Part shown: positions 47,404-50,073 of the stretch, one piece after another
How the letters are laid out: each line of letters starts with the position of its first letter
Position numbering within the stretch: position 1 is the first letter of the stretch
Assembly: GCA_045863395.1 (NCBI GenBank)
Contig: BTVJ01000055.1
Coordinates: forward strand, 1-50,073
Length of the DNA: 50,073 bases
Direction of reading: 5' to 3'
Source: Myxococcales bacterium
Lineage (GTDB): Bacteria > Myxococcota_A > UBA9042 > JABWCM01 > BTVJ01
Notes under the pieces: generated by a model
What the model was told of the DNA's origin: nothing
Database searches by the model: none
What the model saw: the letters and a program-made list of their open reading frames with translations, nothing else
Made by a program: the position numbers and the translations under genes

Positions 47404-50010
47404 ATGCGTAGTGCCGTTCTGGTCCTCTGTGTGCTGCTCCCTCACGTTGCGTCTGCTCTTGAGCGCGTCATCACCGTCCAGGGGGCCGTGCTGACCAGCG
47501 CGGGGGCGCCGTCCGCCGGGGATCACTCCGTCGTGTTGCGCCTGTTCGCTGCGCAGAGCGGGGGCTCCCCGGTCTACGAGCAGTCCTTCGGTACCGTCTC
47601 CCTGGCGGGTGGGGTCTTCGATCTGGCGCTGGGGCCGCTCCCGTCTGGCGTCGCCGTGGACGAGTCCGCGCTGTGGCTGGAGGCGGTCGTCGACGGGCAG
47701 GCGCTCCCTCGCGGGCCCCTCCGCCCCGTGCCCTTCACGCTCGTGGCCGAGCGGGCGACCGTCGCTGGCGATGTGACGTGTGCGGGCTGCGTGTCTGCGG
47801 CGGAGGTGGGCTTCCCCTACGCCCACGCTTCCTCCAAAGGAGGAGCCGCCACGGGCCTCGACTGTACCGGTTGCGTGACGGCAGGGGTGCTCGGAGCGGG
47901 TGCCGTCGGGACCGCACACCTGCAGGACGGCGCCGTCACCGCGGGGAAGGTGGGGTTCCCCTGGGCCGCGGCCGCCAGCGCCGGCGGGCTGGCCCTCGGT
48001 GTGAGCTGCACGGGCTGCATCGGACCTGGACACCTCGCGGCGAACCTGGCGCTGCAAGGCGACGTGACCGTCGGCGGGACGCTCGCCGCGTGCACTGCGG
48101 GCGCGCCCGGCTGCACCCTCAAGGTGGGGGCCCAGGCGGTGACGCCTTCGGCTGATGGCTGGATGCACCTTCAAGCCACGAGCGGCGTGCGGGTACGCAG
48201 CGCCGACGGCTCCGCCTACCGGCCGCTGGCCTTCGGGGGCGGCCAGTCCTGGGGCAGCCTGACCATCGACGGCGACGCTGGCGTCAGCGGAGCCCTGTCC
48301 GTCGGCACCCTCGCCCTGGACCCCGACGCGACGCTGCTCGTGGCGGGCGCGGTCGCCACGGGGGGGCTGGTCTCGCCGCCGGGTGCGCCCCTGACCCTGA
48401 CTCAGCGCGGGAGCGCTGCGGACGTCCTCGTGGCCAGCGAAGCCGCTGGTGAGCTCGTGCGTGTGAAGGGCTCTTCGGGCCGCGTGGGCATCGGCACCGC
48501 CAGTCCACAGGCGACGCTCGACGTGGCGGGCGGCGTGCGCGTCGGCGCCGACGCGGGGGCCTGCACGCCCGACCGCCCGGGTACGTTGCGGTGGTCCTCG
48601 GGCCTCGAGGTCTGCGACGGGCAGGCGTGGCGCCCCGTCCACCAGCCGGCGCAGACCGGTGCCAGCAAGGGGGACGCGGCGCGCTCGTGCCGTGTGCTGA
48701 AGGACTCGCTCCCGGGCAAGCCGAGCGGCATGTACTGGCTGGACCCTGACGGCGGCTCGACGGACAACGCCTTCTTCGGGTACTGCGACATGACCACCGA
48801 TGGCGGCGGGTGGCTGCTCGTCAGCACGCAGAAGCCCGACGGCAACTTCTGGTCGGTCGCGGCCACGGCGAGCGTAGTGCTCGACAAGACGGTCAGCCAG
48901 AAGTACGCACCGTCCGTCCTGTCGGCGTTCGCCTCCATGGGTGCGTACCGCGTCATGGTCGAGGAGAACTCAGGCGTGGACGTCACGAACGGTGCGGTCA
49001 TGGTCTACCGCATGCCCCAAGGAGTCGCGCTGCGCTTCGACGGCCAGAACGTCGCAATCAACACGCTGGAGTGGTGGACGGGCACGGGCTTCGCCCCCGT
49101 GTCCAACAACGCGGGCGGCAACTGGTGGGGCATCTCCGTGCACGGCGACGCCTTCGGCGGCCTGGCGAGCAACAAGCGCTGCGTCCTCAAGTCCAACCAC
49201 GCGACCGGTGTGGGCACCAACGGCGACTACAAGCTCGACCACCAGGGCACCCACGCGGGCACGACGCGCTGCTTTCACGGCAACGTCGGGATCGGCGTGG
49301 CTCACTGGGTGCGCGAAGAGGCAACCGGGGGCCCAGCGGTCCCCGACGGCACCTCGGTCGCCAACGCGGGTCAGACGTGCAAGTCGATCAAAGCGGACGG
49401 CTACTCGACCGGCACCGGCTACTACTGGCTGGACCCTGACGGCGGCTCCACGAGTAACGCGTTCTTCGGCTACTGCGACATGACGACCGACGGTGGTGGG
49501 TGGCTGCTGGTCAGCACGCAGAAGCCGGACGGCAACCTGGCGTCCAGTGGCCCCGTGGCGTCGGTGACCTACAACACGGGGGCAAACCAGAAGTACGCGC
49601 AGTCCGTTCTGAACGCGCTCGCTGCCCTGGGCCAGTACCAGGTCATGGTGGAGGAGAACCAGGGCCTGGACGTCAACTCGGGCCTCGTCATGGTCTACCG
49701 CATGCCGCAGAGCGTGGCGCTCCGCTTCGACGGCGGCAACGTCGCCCTGTCCCAGGTTCAGTGGTTCATCGGCGGGTCGAGCTACTACACGGTCACAAAC
49801 AACGCGGGCGGCAACTGGTGGGGCATCTCCGTCCACGGCGACGCCTTCAACGGCTTGCCCACGGGCAGCCGCTGCGTGAGCAAGGCGACCTTCCAGGCGG
49901 GCGGCGGCAACAACGGCGACTACAAGCTCGACCACCTGGGCACCCACTCGGGCACGACGCGCTGCACCCATGGAACCGTCGGAATCGGTGTCACGCACTG
50001 GGTGAGATGA
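47404..50010 (+). CDS. Exported mosaic fibre/adhesin-like protein with two fibrinogen-like (YCDxxxxGGGW) domains
   Basis: Signal peptide; three CxGC units; GRVGIGTASPQATLDVAG; GTLRW..EVCDG..W; two copies of YWLDPDG..YCDMTTDGGGWLLV. Confidence 0.85.
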   Translation: MRSAVLVLCVLLPHVASALERVITVQGAVLTSAGAPSAGDHSVVLRLFAAQSGGSPVYEQSFGTVSLAGGVFDLALGPLPSGVAVDESALWLEAVVDGQALPRGPLRPVPFTLVAERATVAGDVTCAGCVSAAEVGFPYAHASSKGGAATGLDCTGCVTAGVLGAGAVGTAHLQDGAVTAGKVGFPWAAAASAGGLALGVSCTGCIGPGHLAANLALQGDVTVGGTLAACTAGAPGCTLKVGAQAVTPSADGWMHLQATSGVRVRSADGSAYRPLAFGGGQSWGSLTIDGDAGVSGALSVGTLALDPDATLLVAGAVATGGLVSPPGAPLTLTQRGSAADVLVASEAAGELVRVKGSSGRVGIGTASPQATLDVAGGVRVGADAGACTPDRPGTLRWSSGLEVCDGQAWRPVHQPAQTGASKGDAARSCRVLKDSLPGKPSGMYWLDPDGGSTDNAFFGYCDMTTDGGGWLLVSTQKPDGNFWSVAATASVVLDKTVSQKYAPSVLSAFASMGAYRVMVEENSGVDVTNGAVMVYRMPQGVALRFDGQNVAINTLEWWTGTGFAPVSNNAGGNWWGISVHGDAFGGLASNKRCVLKSNHATGVGTNGDYKLDHQGTHAGTTRCFHGNVGIGVAHWVREEATGGPAVPDGTSVANAGQTCKSIKADGYSTGTGYYWLDPDGGSTSNAFFGYCDMTTDGGGWLLVSTQKPDGNLASSGPVASVTYNTGANQKYAQSVLNALAALGQYQVMVEENQGLDVNSGLVMVYRMPQSVALRFDGGNVALSQVQWFIGGSSYYTVTNNAGGNWWGISVHGDAFNGLPTGSRCVSKATFQAGGGNNGDYKLDHLGTHSGTTRCTHGTVGIGVTHWVR
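48650..50007 (+). repeat. Intragenic tandem duplication, 690-bp period (boundaries approximate)
   Basis: tactggctggaccctgacggcggctc at 48733 and 49423; both protein halves end in GIGVxHWVR. Confidence 0.85.
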
Positions 50011-50012
50011 GA

Positions 50013-50073
50013 GGGTGGGGGTCAAGTGTACTCAAATCTCATATTTCGGCGTCGCCGAAATATGAGATTTGAG
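50013..50073. repeat. Palindromic REP-like element, copy 2 (cut by window end)
   Basis: Perfect 21-bp inverted repeat ctcaaatctcatatttcggcg (50031-50051)-t-cgccgaaatatgagatttgag (50053-50073), preceded by gggtgggggtcaag. Confidence 0.8.

Noticed and set aside
50031..50073. Terminal hairpin as a linear-replicon telomere
   Set aside because: A related degenerate copy lies internally at 45497 and no protelomerase is visible; a dispersed repeat causing a contig break is simpler.

Overview
Very GC-rich bacterial chromosomal DNA; gene content is suggestive of Myxococcota or another deltaproteobacterial lineage (inference only). In order: the 3' end of a repeat-rich CDS with a strong terminator; a MerR + VIT/vWA operon; an SDR; a small defence/toxin-antitoxin patch (decayed AbiEii-like pair, decayed MNT-HEPN, a Zn-ribbon/HEPN-like/STAND/TPR protein, an intact MNT-HEPN pair); a coupled carA-carB-purQ-purA-purB-purC-purF operon; a Phd-PIN TA pair; guaB-guaA; a mukF-mukE-mukB operon ending in a JetD/MksG-like TOPRIM nuclease gene; a penicillin-acylase-family lipoprotein; envelope genes; a sucrase-ferredoxin; a deoxynucleoside kinase; a DUF4349 module; LysR with an NADP oxidoreductase; and a mosaic fibre-like protein with two fibrinogen-like domains. 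Two related palindromic REP-like elements are present. The best candidate for an undescribed system is the E. coli-type MukFEB condensin coupled to a Wadjet-type nuclease (27174-34480). All calls come from reading motifs by eye; no searches were run.
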